From: the human T2T-CHM13v2.0 reference genome, Homo sapiens
Length of the DNA stretch: 64,000 bases
Reading direction: 5' to 3' (one strand)
Assembly (NCBI RefSeq): GCF_009914755.1
Contig: NC_060933.1
The notes beneath the pieces were generated by a model. The model was not told the DNA's origin, made no database searches, and saw only the letters and a program-made list of their open reading frames with translations. This document shows positions 1-16,049 of the stretch, piece by piece. Position numbers and translations under genes: made by a program. Within the stretch, counting starts at the first letter, position 1. The number at the start of each line of letters is the position of its first letter.

Positions 1-1644
1 AGAAGCAGGTGAAATAGATATTGGTTTTGGGGAGTGGGGGAAAGCTGACTAGTAATTGATGAATGGCTAGCATCTTTATACAGGAGAGGAATTTGCAAGG
101 CAAGTAGGTGGGCTTGTTCTGAGTTTCTTTTGTTAGTTTCAGGAGTTAGGCTTGTTGAATTAAGTAAATAAAGCTCACAATGTGCTGATCATGTGAAACC
201 TAATGCCAAGTCTATTTCTGAGCCACTGTGAAGAGGACATAGATAAACAAGGAGGGAGGAGTGTCAAGTCACACAAAATATTTCTTACTGGACTTGGATT
301 TTATTTTTTAAATCTATTCTTTTGGAAATAGAGCCATGATCTAACTTAATGTGGCTACTCTGAATGCATGCTTTCTCCATGTCCACTCTAATTTCTTTGC
401 AGGTTCGTATAAATTTTGTAAGTAGGCTTTGTAAATCAAACTGTGGACTAAATATCCTGGTGCGACTCTCAAATTGCTCTCTCAAATTGCAGGCACAAAG
501 TCTTGGAAGTTCTGTTGGGCAGAAACAAACTGGACCAACATTTTGCGTTTCTGTTATCATCCAACTTCCTATATGCAGTCAATCTGATAACAAACAAGCT
601 AATGAGCTCACACTAGAATTAGAAATTATAAAACATTTGGTTTTCCAGGGGAACTGGGAATGGTTTTGTAATTAATGTGTCAGAAGGAAAACTGAAGCAA
701 AGAAGTTTTCAATTGCACCATATATGACAGACAAAAAATGAAATTAAATGCATCCTTCAGCTCTGAGGACAGATAATGGTCCTCTGTATCTAAGCGTCCA
801 GGAGGAGGTGTTCTCTCTATTCCATACATCTGTGTCCCAGTGACCAAATGCAATGAAGAGAGACAACTTGTAAATTAAACAAACACAATGGGGCATAAAG
901 ATTTTTCCCCTTTAATATTACGGGATATGACAAAGAAGATCATTTTCTGGTTGCCGTAAAAATACAACAGTAAAGTTGAATTAGACCCGCAGATTTGATT
1001 AATGAATGCTGTGCTTATGAAAACACATAATTATTCCTGAGCTCTTGGAATGAACCAAGTGCGGTAGCTTCTGGGGCACTTGTGCATATTACTTTTAAAG
1101 ATAGAATCCTGCTTGGCAAAAATGGCTCTCCCAGTTCTATATAAAAGATACAGCAAGAAGCAGTGAATGTATATATAGACAAAGAGAAAAATAAAGCTCA
1201 TAGCTGTCTTCATACCAGTATAGATCTTTCTTAGCACATAACTAGATTTTTGTGGATTTTACAAGTTAAATAATGTGAAAAATATATTTGGGCACAAGCC
1301 GGGATCGCTGAGCTATATAAAAGGGATTCTATCACTCAGAGAGTTGTGTGATCATGGGCTAGTCAGTATCCTTTGTCAGTGGGCCTGTCTCCCTCATTCG
1401 TAAAATGGATATGGGGAGGCTTACTATTTCCTTACCAGCCATTTCAAATATATGTCTCCTGATAACCTTTGCATTTTAGAGCTCTTCTTTTGTTTTCCCA
1501 TGAGCAAATCAGCAAGAGCTACAAGTTAGCAAACTTTTAAGGAGTGCTTGCTGTGTACCGGCCCATGATAGGTGATAGGGGCCACAAAGATGAAGGCGCC
1601 TTTTCTCTCTACCCATGAGATCCAGTGAGGCCAATGAATTACTA

Positions 1645-1950
1645 TTATTGTTGTTGTTGTTGAGATAGGCCCTCGCTCTGTCACCTTGGCTGTAGTGCAG
1701 TGGCGCGATCATAGTTCACTGCAGCCTCAATCCCCTGGGGCACAAGTGATCCTCCCACCTCAGCCTCCCAAGTACCTGGGACTACAGGCGTGCACCACCA
1801 TGCCTAGCTAATTTTTGTATATTTTTTAGTGACTGGGTTTTGCCACATTGCCCAGGCTGGTCTCAAACACCTGAGCTCTGGCAGTCCTCCCGCTTCAGCC
1901 TCCCAAAGTGCTGGGATTACAGGCGTGAGCCACCATCCACCGTGCTCTGG
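1645..1950 (-). mobile_element. Alu (AluJ-like), tail decayed to (TTG)n
   Basis: Reverse-complement dimeric Alu sequence. Confidence 0.9.
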
Positions 1951-3837
1951 GTCATTTTTTTCAGCTCTCTTATAGTTCATATATACTTTCTCCGGCTATT
2001 GTATATTCCATCTGTTAATCTTGTCAAATCTATTGTATATTCCATCTGTTGACCTTGCTATAGCAACAACTATAATTTTAATTCCTTAAGTTCCACTTAG
2101 TTCTTTTTCAAATTTGCCTGATCATTTTTGATTGTCTCTTGTTGCTTATTCCATTTTATGATTCCATTCTTTATTTCTTTAAGCATACCATGTATATTTG
2201 TGTATACTTCGTATCAGATCATCTAGACTCCTTGAGATTCTAAATCTGGACTTTGTAGCTTCTGCTAGCCTTTACCTGGGATGGTTTGTTCCTTTTGATT
2301 TTGGTGACCTATTTTTTATGGGTTCAATTTTGGTTAATCTTAACCTGGGAAAATTTGGAGGCTGAAATTAAAGATGTGATCCTCCAGAAAACATTTTTTT
2401 TTTCCTGTTCAGAGATAGTGACCATTGGGGCCACCATGCATTTTGTGTGGGTTTATTGTTCACGGCTCCCATTTCAGCTTAGAATCTCTTTTTTTCTTCC
2501 TCTTTTTTCCCCTTTAACCTTCATATTCTCCCTTAGGTCCTGCAAAGTGCTACCTAAAAGGTCTTGTACATTATAATGTTATTTTATAACTTAAAGGCCC
2601 CTCAGGGTATCTTGCCCACCATATTTCTAAAAGTGAAATTGCTGATGTTATTGAATGCTTACCCTGTGCCAAGCATTCTTTTGAGCATTTTACTTGTGTT
2701 AGCTCATTTAACACTCACAACAACTTCATGAGGAAAAGTAACATTTTTTATTCTCATTTCACAGGTGAAGAAATTGAGGTGCAATGCGATTAAGTAACAG
2801 GTTGCCAATGTTACACAGCTGATACATGCTACATGAGTTGATAATGTTACACGGCAAATAGAGCTGGGATTGTAAGAAACACCTAAAAAATTTATGCACA
2901 TGATAGGAAATTCAAAGTGTACAAAAGGCTATATAGTGAATAGTAAGTCCTTTTCTGTTCCTGTGCCCTAGACATGCCATTGCCCCTCCCAGGAGGCAAT
3001 TATTACCAGTTTCTTACGTATTTTTCTAGGGGTTGTGTACAAAACATACAATCTAATATATATATATATAATAGTATATCATATTTATTATACATTATGT
3101 GTCTGATTTTGCTAGAAAAATAGAAATAACAAAAAGTAACATTTCTTGAATACTTACTCTATGCTTGTTACTTTTCATTCATTATCTCATTTGTTCTTCT
3201 GAGGAATTATTAGTTTTACTTTGTAAGTGAGAAATTGAGTATTACAAAAGTTAAGTAACTTGCCCAAGAATTTGCAGATAGTAAGAAGCAGAGCTAGGAT
3301 TCAAACCTAGGTCTTCCTGGTTCTTGGGCCTGCACACTTTGGCTTTTCACAGGGAGCTGACTAGGGGTTGACATCTTTAACTCCTCTGTAGTGGATTAGG
3401 ACAAGAGTTAGAGTAAAGGCTGGGGTTTAGGGTTTGCGCTAGGACCTCCTCTCTAACCCCTACACCATACCTGGATGTGGCCTGTGCAAGTGTGTTTTAG
3501 GATTGCTGCTTCCTGGGGAATGAGATGGAGAACACAAAACTCAACCTTGCCCATCTTCTCTGCATCTATATTTGTTAGTTTCATATGTTTAAGGATAGGC
3601 TTTTGTTAACCAATTACTCTATTTTGAAACTCCCTCTTCTCTTTTCTTCTTTTTCTAATTTCTTCCTTCCTTCCAACCCTCCTGTAAACATTTATTTGAG
3701 TGCCTTTATATGTCTAGCATTCTGTTTGGTGCTGGAAATACCAAGATACAAGAACATAACTGTCTTTTGAGAAGGTTGTACTTTAGTGGGGAGACAAATA
3801 CCCTAACTGCAAATTATAACACAGTGAGTTAAGTGTT

Positions 3838-4600
<763 letters not shown>

Positions 4601-5530
4601 ACTTTTATAGTTCTGTTCTTTTGTCCTCATTTTCTCATTCTGTGAGTGTGTGTGTGTGTATCCTCAACAGTTTCCTCCAGACCTGGTGTACTAGCAAGTT
4701 GTGTGGGTTCTTCCTCAAAATACCACCCATGGGGTATTTCTTTTTCTTCTCTCTCTCTGCTCCTCTCTACACTGGTTGATGCCCTTATTCAGATAAACAT
4801 TCAAATGGTCAGCTAAGGGTTCTCCCTGTCTCTAAGCTCTCCTCCCAACTTACCTTACAACCATTGTTCCATTAATTGTTCTATGTGACCCTTGTTTAAA
4901 AACTTCTAGAGAATAAATTCTGAACTCCTTAGCATGACACTTCAAGGTTCTCTGGAGTTCAAGACCTATATCAACTTCATTTATTTATTCAGCAGGTGCT
5001 CATTAGGATTTCTCATGTGTTAAGACTGTGCCAGGCACTGAGAGTATGATAGTGGGTAAAAGTAGGCATGTCCACCCTTGGGGATTTTGCTGTCTAATAG
5101 GAAAGACAGATATGAATAAAATAATAATTATGAAGAAATGTGAAATTGCAACTACAATAAAACAGCAGCTCAGACTTATGTAATGCCTGCCATCCATCTA
5201 GCATCATCCTAAGAATTTTACATATACTGTCTCTTGTAATCTTCACAGCTTGTTCATAACTGCTACTTCCTACTTTATGGATGAGATAACAGGTGCAGAA
5301 AGTTTAAGTGATTCAAATTCACACAGCTGGAAAGGATTTAAGCCAGGTAGCTTGGTTCTGGATTTTGTGTATGGAACCACTGTCATATTTTGATAAAAGA
5401 GAAGTGCCTGGTGCTATGAGGATCGTTAATTGGGAGTGGGACCAGGGTAGAAAGAAGCACAGAGAGAAGCAAAACTGCTTCATGAATGATGTGTTGAGGA
5501 GGTACACAGCTTGATGGTAGGCCGGGTCTG

Positions 5531-5570
5531 TTGGGAACTGTTGAGGTTATATATTGGGAACTGTTGAGGT

Positions 5571-5622
<52 letters not shown>

Positions 5623-5643
5623 GACAGAGAGACAGAGACAGAG
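5531..5643. repeat. 23-bp tandem duplication running into a compound (TA)n(GA)n(GACA)n microsatellite
   Basis: ttgggaactgttgaggttatata at 5531-5553 and 5554-5576, then dinucleotide/tetranucleotide runs. Confidence 0.95.
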
Positions 5644-5987
5644 TGGGGATGGGGAATTGGAAAAGCTTCCTAAGGAAGGGACAGCTAAACTGAAGTTGGA
5701 AATATACCTTGGCATTAATTGGACAGGAAGAAAGGAAAAGTGTTCCATCCAGAGGGAAGATCATGTGTCAAGGCCGTATGGAGGCAAGGAGCAGAGTGCT
5801 TAGGGGGTCTGAAATGGGACCAGGTGGAGCCGAGAGAGCAAAGGCAGAGGGAGGAGCAAGGTATAGGATGGCTGCAGTGGGATTAGGCTGGGGAGGCAGG
5901 TAGGTGCCAAATCACCCAGGACCCTATAGGACATATTATAAACCATTTTCTTTATCCTAAATGCAATGGGAAACCATTGCCATTGAG

Positions 5988-6161
<174 letters not shown>

Positions 6162-6763
6162 TGAGGTTCTATTCAGGGGGTACGACAGAGATGTGTCAGA
6201 GGTTTCTGGATTGTGCCCTGAATTGATGTGGTCTCATTCTCTGGAACGGAACCCAGGAAAGAGAACATGTTCAGGAATAAGATCATGGACTCTGTTTTGG
6301 ACCTGTTGACTTTGAGAAACACAAATGAGATGTGAAGGAAATTTTCAAATATTTGGATCCAGAGTTCATAGAAGATGTCTGGGCTGGGCCTTTAAGTCCA
6401 GCCCTTGTGTCACTGACTTTTGGCAATTGAAAGATGAACCTTTTGAAGGACTTCTATGGTGCTAAGGAGAATTTTAAATTCTACTTGTGAGACTGCATTA
6501 ATCTTTTGTTGTAGATTTGAATGTGGGGTGAAAATCAGTCAGAGTGGGAAGAATTAATTTGAGTCCTTCCCCACTTTCTACTTTTACAACAGAATACCTT
6601 TGGATAATCATTTATCCTTCAATAATAGGAACTAGTTTTTGGAAATTGTGGTTTGAGTCTGCTATAAGGAAACCGGCAAGACAAAAAACAAATAACCAAA
6701 AAGCTGTGTGAGAAGGCTTCTTAAGACTGCAATGTAACCTCAGTGTTCAAGGCAAAAGGGAGT

Positions 6764-7307
6764 GTATTTGTTAGCTATTGCTGTATAACAAATTACCCCA
6801 AAACTTAGGGGCTTGAAACAACAATAAAAATGTATTGTCCTCACAGTTTCTGTGCATCCAGGAATCTGTGAGCAGTTTAGCTGAGTGGCTTGAGCTCAGG
6901 AGGTAAGAGGTCCCAGGCAAGATGTCAGTGAGTTCTTCAGTCATTGGAAAGCTTGACTGAGGTTGTAGGATCCACTTCTGAGGTTAAAGGTCATTCACAT
7001 GACTGCAAGCTAGTGTTAGCTGTTGGCAGGAATCCTTGGTTTCTTGCCACAAGAGCTTCTCTCAGAGCTACTTGAGTGTTCTTACCCTATGACTAGAAAG
7101 CTCCCCCTAGACAACCTAACAGTGAGAGGGCCAGATGGAAGCCATCCTTTTTATGAGCGAGTCTTAAAAGTCACACGGTGTGGTGAATGCTTCATTCCAA
7201 GCAAGTCACTATGTTTGGCCCACCTCAAGGGTGAAGGAGGGAACTCGGCTCCACCTTCTGAAGGGAAGAGTGTCGAAGATTTTGTGGGCGTATTTTAGAA
7301 CACCACA
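6764..7307 (-). mobile_element. MaLR MLT1 (F/G-like) solo LTR
   Basis: tgtatttgttagctattgctgtataacaaattaccccaaaactta...caccaca termini. Confidence 0.8.
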
Positions 7308-7796
7308 TGGGTGTTTGAAATCTGAGCTGTGGATAGGGCCTCCCCTCTCACCCTGTGTAGGAATTAATTTCGGGTACAGCATCCCTGACAGATGGTCATT
7401 CAGCCCTCTGCTTGCCACTTCCAACTACGAGGAGTTCACTACACTGTGAGTCAGTGAATTCCACTTATATCCAGTGTTAATTGTTAGAAGCTTTTTCTGT
7501 TCATGAAATTGAAAGCTCTATTGTGGATATTCCATTATTAAAGCTAGTTCTGCTACTCTAGAATGGCACTTTTACATGATGGCTTTTCCAATATTTGCAA
7601 CTGTGGTAATCTTAACTTTTCTCTTCTCCAGATGAAATTTTGTCTGTTCCATTCAGAGCTTCCTCTCGTGTTTTAATTCCAGGCTTCTTCCACATTCTGG
7701 TCACCTCCTTGTGAAAACATTCTGATTCAGTTTATCCTTCCAGAACTGAAAACACACTACTAATTCTGTAGCCCGAGCTAAGTATAAAGGGACACA

Positions 7797-9581
<1,785 letters not shown>

Positions 9582-10453
9582 TAAGCTCCTGGTCCTCGCT
9601 GTAATCAAGTCTCATATGTCTTTACCTATGCATTTGAATTGTGTAAAATGTAAGTGTAGGATTTTACATACATTCCATTTAGCTTGTGGCTGTATTTTTG
9701 ACATTTTAAAAATTTTCTGATACATAATATTTGTACATATATATGGGGTCTCTGCCTTTTTAAAGCTGGATTGTGCTATCTAGTAAACAAACTGTCTTCT
9801 CCAAATTGTTATCCTTTTCACAGTAAGCCATTAGCAAGAACATGGCTGGGGCCGAGCTCAATGATATGTTTCCAGAGTTCTCTAAGAGCTCTCCAGCCAT
9901 ACTTCCCTCATCCTATTAATCAACCTTTTAAGTAGGAATATATAGCAGCTATGAATTTCTCCAACTCTGCTGTCATCCAGCCTGACGTTTTCGAGCTTGT
10001 CCAACAAAGTTATCTGTCTGGTGCCATCAGATACCTTTCTGAAATCAAAGCATATTGTATCAGTAGTGGTGTCCTGAAATGCCACTCTGGTTACCCTACC
10101 AAAAATTAACACTATGGGTAATACCTTATGTTTACAGAGAACTTTTACAGTTCACTGGAGTGTTTGGCATATCTCTATTTTAAAATATTTTGTCTATATA
10201 GAGTTGAAGGGAGATATGGCAGATATCATTACTTTATTTTCAAAAATGGTAAATCAGAGAGGTTAAGGGATTGGCTCTTGTTCACAGAGCTAGTAAATAG
10301 CAGAATCTTGATCCTTCAGTAAATCCAGTGTGTTTGACCATTTCAAACTATCTCAGATGAAGTGACTACAGGCAAGAAAAAGGGAGTTTCTGCAGTGTTT
10401 TCCTGTCGATTTATTAGGACAGATCAGTCTTATGACCCTCCTCCTATAGGGTC

Positions 10454-10859
10454 TGTGCTGGTTTCCCAGGGCTGCTGTAATGAAGTACCACAAACAGGGA
10501 GGCTTAAACAACAGTAATTTATTGTCTTAGAATTTTGAAGTCCAAGATCAAGGAATCAGCAGAGTTGGTTTCTTCTGAGGACTTTGAGAGAAGGATCTGT
10601 TCCAGGCCTGTCTTCTTTGCTCATAGATGGTTGTCTTCCCTCTATGTCTCTTCAACTCATTTTCTTTCTATATGTGTTCCTGTGTCCAAAAGGACACCAG
10701 TCATACTGAATTAGGGCCTATCCTAATGATTTCATTTTAACTTGATTACCTCTGTAAAGATGTTATCTCTAAATAAGGTCACATTCTGAATTACTGGCGG
10801 TGGGGGTTAGGACTGTAACATATTAAATTGGGGTGGGAGGGGAGGTTCAACTCATACCA
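10454..10859 (-). mobile_element. MaLR MLT1 (B/C-like) solo LTR
   Basis: gggctgctgtaatgaagtaccacaaac...ctaaataaggtcacattctga hallmarks. Confidence 0.82.
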
Positions 10860-10899
10860 GGTCTTCAAGGCAGATTTCAAGTTTTTTTAAAAATGGCCA

Positions 10900-11327
<428 letters not shown>

Positions 11328-12160
11328 TCAAAAGAGAGAGAGAGTGAGTGCTTTTCCTAAATTAATTCTTAGTTGTCTACTTGCTGAATGTAGTCTCTGA
11401 AGATGTCTTTTGTGAGGCAGCTGCTGAAATTATTTGCTTGTTTGATGATTTCAGGATTCAAATGTGTCATTTAACTTTAGAGCTGAGATTTATGGTGAAT
11501 TTCACTCCGAGCTTGGTGTTAATTTTACACACATCTAAGCAGTTTCCTTCTTCCACAAGTTGGTTAAGCATCAGAGGATTCTGAATTTAGGAAAAAAAAA
11601 TAAATTAGGCAGTAACAATTTGCATCCCAAAGTGATTCACAAGTTTTCAAGTATATTCAAGGGTTGTTTAGCATATTACCGACTACTTATCAAAACACGG
11701 GACTGATTATGACCTTGTTTTAGATTGCTGGTGTTGAGGTGCTACAAATGTGAGATCTGTATTATTGTGTTTCCTCATTGCCTTCGCTTCTTCTGTGGTT
11801 TTTTCCTTTTGGTCACTTTGGGTGTTCCACAGATTACCAATGTGTGCATTTCACATGAAATAGATTTTGATTTTTTAAAAATAGCATTTATTGTGAGTAG
11901 AAAATTTGGTTTCACTCATACATTTTTCTGGTGATCTTTGTGCATTTTACTTATTTTTTTGAAGTGATTCTTCTTTTTAATTAACTCATTGGGTAAAGAA
12001 AGTACAGTTCTAATGTCTATGTAAGGTGTAATGAATAAGGATGTGACGAACTGTGGTTATCTTTGAAGCTCTATGTGTTCTCAATATCCGTTCCCTTCCC
12101 TTATCACCATTATACTAAATTTTATGCTTATCATGTCCTTACTTTTACTTATACTTTCAC

Positions 12161-12624
12161 AATTTTTTTTGTGTGTGTCACTTGTTGCTTAGGCGGAGTG
12201 CAGTGGCGCGATCTTGGCTCACTGAAACCTCCACCTCCTGGGTTCAAGCAATTCTCTGCCTCAGCCTCCGGAGTAACTGGGATTACAAGCGCCCGCCACC
12301 ATGCCCAGCTAAGTTTTGTATTTTTAGTAGAGACGGGGTTTCACCATCTTGGCCAGGCTTGTCTTGAACTTCTGACCTCAGGTGATCCACCCGCCTTGGC
12401 CTCCCAAAGTGCTGGGATTACAGGCGTGAGCCACCGCGCCTGGCCTCACTATCTTTTTTCACTTTCTTTTTTTTCTTTTAGTCAGAGTCTTGCTCTGTCA
12501 CCTGGGATGGAGCACAGTGGCGTGATGGTAGCTCACTGCAACCTTGAACTCCCGGGCTCAAGCAATCCTCACATTTCAGCCTCCCAAAGTGTGGGATTAC
12601 AGGTGTAAGCCACTGCACCCAGCC
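12161..12624 (-). mobile_element. Composite of an AluS (to 12445) and an Alu monomer (12452-12624)
   Basis: Both inside one TSD, tatactttcac (12150 and 12625). Confidence 0.85.
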
Positions 12625-12689
12625 TATACTTTCACTTTTTATATTTGCGTTTCCAAATAATATACTGTTTAGTTTTTCAGTTAAAATTT

Positions 12690-14060
12690 TTTATTTTTAA
12701 TTCATTAAAAAATGATTCAAAAAGTTACAAGAATATACAAAATAATGCTGCTATAGACTTCACCCGGATTCTCAGTGCTAATATTTTACAAAATTTGCTT
12801 CATTATTCTCTACTCTCTCTACATATATAGGTAGACACACACATGCACGCACACACACACATTTTTCTGGACTGAGAGTAAGTTATAGACATGCTGTTGG
12901 AGTCTAAATACTTTATTTTTTTTCCCTAAAAAATAAGGACACTGCCTTACATAATCATGAATTATTATCTGGGTCAGGAAATTAACATAGGTATAATTCT
13001 ACCACATGATCTGTAGACCCATTCAAACTTTGCCCACTGGCCCAATAATGCCCTTGGTGGCTATTTCCCCTCCTCTTATTCAGAATCCACTCCAGAACCA
13101 CAGGCTCCATTTATGTATCACATTCCTTTAGTTGCCTTTCATCTGTAATGGGTCTTTAGTGTTTCTTTGTCTTTCATGCTCTGGATAATTTTCAAGAATA
13201 TAGAAGAGTTTCTCCTTTTTTCAAACTGTCCCTTAATTTGGGTTTGTCTGATGTTTCCTCATGATTAGATTCAGGTCGTGCATTTTTGGCAGGGACATCG
13301 GAGAAATGATGCTGTGCTCTCAGTACATCATATCAGGAGGCACAGGATGTGGAATTGTCCCGTTATTGGTGATGTTAACTTTGGTCACTCGGCTGAGGTG
13401 GTGTGGGCCAGCTTTCTGCACTTCTCTTTGTAAAATAAACTTTGTGGGGAGATACTTTGATAATTATATAAATATCCTGTTTCTCAACAAATTTTCACCC
13501 ACTAGTTTTAGTGTTCATTGATGATTTTTGCATGAATCATTTTTTTATGATGATGGATGCCAAATGCTCATTTTCTAATTGTGTAATTTCTTCCACATAT
13601 ATTAGTTGGTATTCCACTGGAAGAAAGAACTCTCCATTCTCACTCATGTACTCATTCATTTACTTATCATTGTGGACTCATGGATTCCCGTATTATTCTT
13701 TGGATTTTAATTTGTTAGTATTTTTATTTATTTTGATGCTCAAATTGCCCCAGATTTACCTAGTGGGAGTTTGTTTAGAGTGGCTTCTTTGTCCTTTTGA
13801 CTACTTTCTGACTATATTCTAGCACTTCCTTACTTTTGGCACAAAATTATGTTCTAGATTCATCTTGTATTTTCCTTACCAGAGCCCTGGAATGAGCCCT
13901 GGAGTCACTTGGTTCTGTTTTGTGGAGAATGGTATTTAGAAACCAAGATCTGAGAACTAGGGGTGCTGATTGCATCTGGGTTTCATTGTCTCTAGGCCTC
14001 TCAGCAGATAAAGCTAGTATGTGTGTGCATGTAATGTATATGTATGTATGTAAATATATG
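12690..14060 (-). mobile_element. Old L1M (L1MC-like) 3' fragment
   Basis: ttgggtttgtctgatgtttcctcatgattagattcagg and related L1MC 3'UTR-like stretches; ends approximate. Confidence 0.7.
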
Positions 14061-14859
14061 TAAATATATATTACTCCTATATGTAATCAATCTCCTGACC
14101 CTGGGGACTGTCTCCTCGGCTACAGCCTTGCCCATTCCACCTGCCTCCTTGACACTGCACTTCTCCAACCCCAGTTCCCCTGACCCTATTAGCATTCTCA
14201 GCCTTGACTGCTCCCTTAGCCCCAACTACCTCTGCATTCCTGGATCCACCAGGCCCACCTGCTGGGGCTATATGAATGGAAGGAAAAGGAAAGGAAAGGC
14301 ACAAAGAAATAGTTTATAAAGAAAAAAAGAAAAGGAAAAGGCTGTTTGGTTTTTAAAATATTACATGAAAAAATACATAACGTAGTGTCTAATGGCCGTT
14401 AGCCTGTAGGCAACTGGGGTTCAAATTCAGGATTTATTACCTGCCAGATGCGTAATTTTGGGCAAGGTACTTAACATCTCTGTGCCTCAATTTTATCCTC
14501 TGCAAAATGGGGCTAGTAATAGTGCCTCATAGGGTTCTTGTGAGGTTTAAACAAGTTAACGCATGTAAAGTATGTAGGATGGTGTTTGGCACATAGGAAA
14601 TATATTTTAATCTCTTTATTATTATCAGACATCCCATCATTTTAGAATATGTTGCTTTATATTTCTAATAAAAATGTGTTAAATACCAATGATTTATTAG
14701 TGGTGTCTTCTACAGAGATCAGAAGAGTTATTAAAGTTACCTTTTTTCCTTCCATGAGTATTATTTTCTTTATTCAGATTTGACTGTCTATACCTTATAC
14801 CACTTTGCAACATAAGCATTACATTAAATTACTATTACAAATCTTGAATCTTTGCACTT

Positions 14860-15450
14860 ATCTTTTAAAAATTTAATTTTTAGAGAAGTTTTAGGTTCAC
14901 AGCAAAGTTGAGAGAAAGGTTCAGAGCTTTCCCATGTATCCCCTGCCGGGACACATGCACAGCCCCCTCATTATCAATATCCCCCACCAGAATGCTACAT
15001 TTGCAACAACTGATAAACCTACATTGTCACATCATTATCAACCAAAGTCCACAGTTTATACTAGGGCTCACTCTTGGATTTGTACATTATGTGGTTTTGG
15101 ACACTTGTATAATGATGTATTGACCATTATAGTATCATAGAGAGTGTTTTCACTGTCCTAAAATTCTTCTGCTCTGCCTATTCATCCTTCCCCCTCCAAC
15201 CCGTGACAACTACTGATTTTTTATTGTCTCCATAGTTTGCCTTTTCCAGAATGTCATATAGTTGGGATCATATAATATGAAGCTCTTTCAGATTTGTGTC
15301 TTTCACTTAGTAATATGCATGTAAGATTCTCTATGTATTTTCGTGGCTTAATAGCTCATTTATTTTTATTACTGAATAATATTCCGTTTTCTGGATGTAC
15401 CGCAGTTTATTTATCCATTCTTCTACTGAAGGACATCTTGGTTGCTTCCT
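14860..15450 (-). mobile_element. L1MA/MB 3' end fragment
   Basis: ttttaggttcacagcaaagttgag...ggacatcttggttgcttcc. Confidence 0.8.
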
Positions 15451-15712
15451 AAAGGTACATCCTTCATCTATCAAGGAGTGTTTGTTTTCTACTACAGAAT
15501 GATACTTGTAAGCCACCAGAGTCTGTACTCTGATCAAATACCAAGGGCATTTGATCAGTCCCTGACGTTAAAGAAAAATGTTAAATGTTATTTCCATTTG
15601 GAAGCTAATCATAAATAAATATAAAGTTTCAGAGAAATGCTAGTGAAAGCCACTGGGATGGTTTTCAAGTTATATAATTTTAATTTACATGCATCTTTTT
15701 AGGAGTTCATAT

Positions 15713-16049
15713 CAGAGCTTGGCAACTATAGGCCACAGGCCAAATCCAGCTCCCTGACTGAGTTATATGGCCTGTGAGCTAAGTATGGTTTTAAAATGAT
15801 TGAAAAAAAGTGAAGAAGAAGAGGAAGAAGAAGAAGATTTTATAACAAATGAAAATTACATAAAATGCAAATTTCAGTTCCTGTAAATAAACTTATATTG
15901 GAATATAGCCATAGCCATTTGCTACTATATTGTCTATGGTTGATTTTGCAATTCAGCGACAGATTTAAGTAGTTCAATAGACACAATATGGCCCGCAAAG
16001 CCTAAAATATTTACTGTCTCACCCTTTAGGGAAACTGTGCTGATCCTTG
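15713..16049. mobile_element. MER58-like hAT-Charlie fossil
   Basis: ggcaactataggccacaggccaaatccagc...ggcccgcaaagcctaaaatatttact; 8-bp TSD gttcatat/gtttatac. Confidence 0.85.

Noticed and set aside
12063-12608. 181-aa ORF and many similar ORFs ([26 protein letters not shown] motifs)
   Set aside because: Translations of Alu sequence; no independent coding evidence
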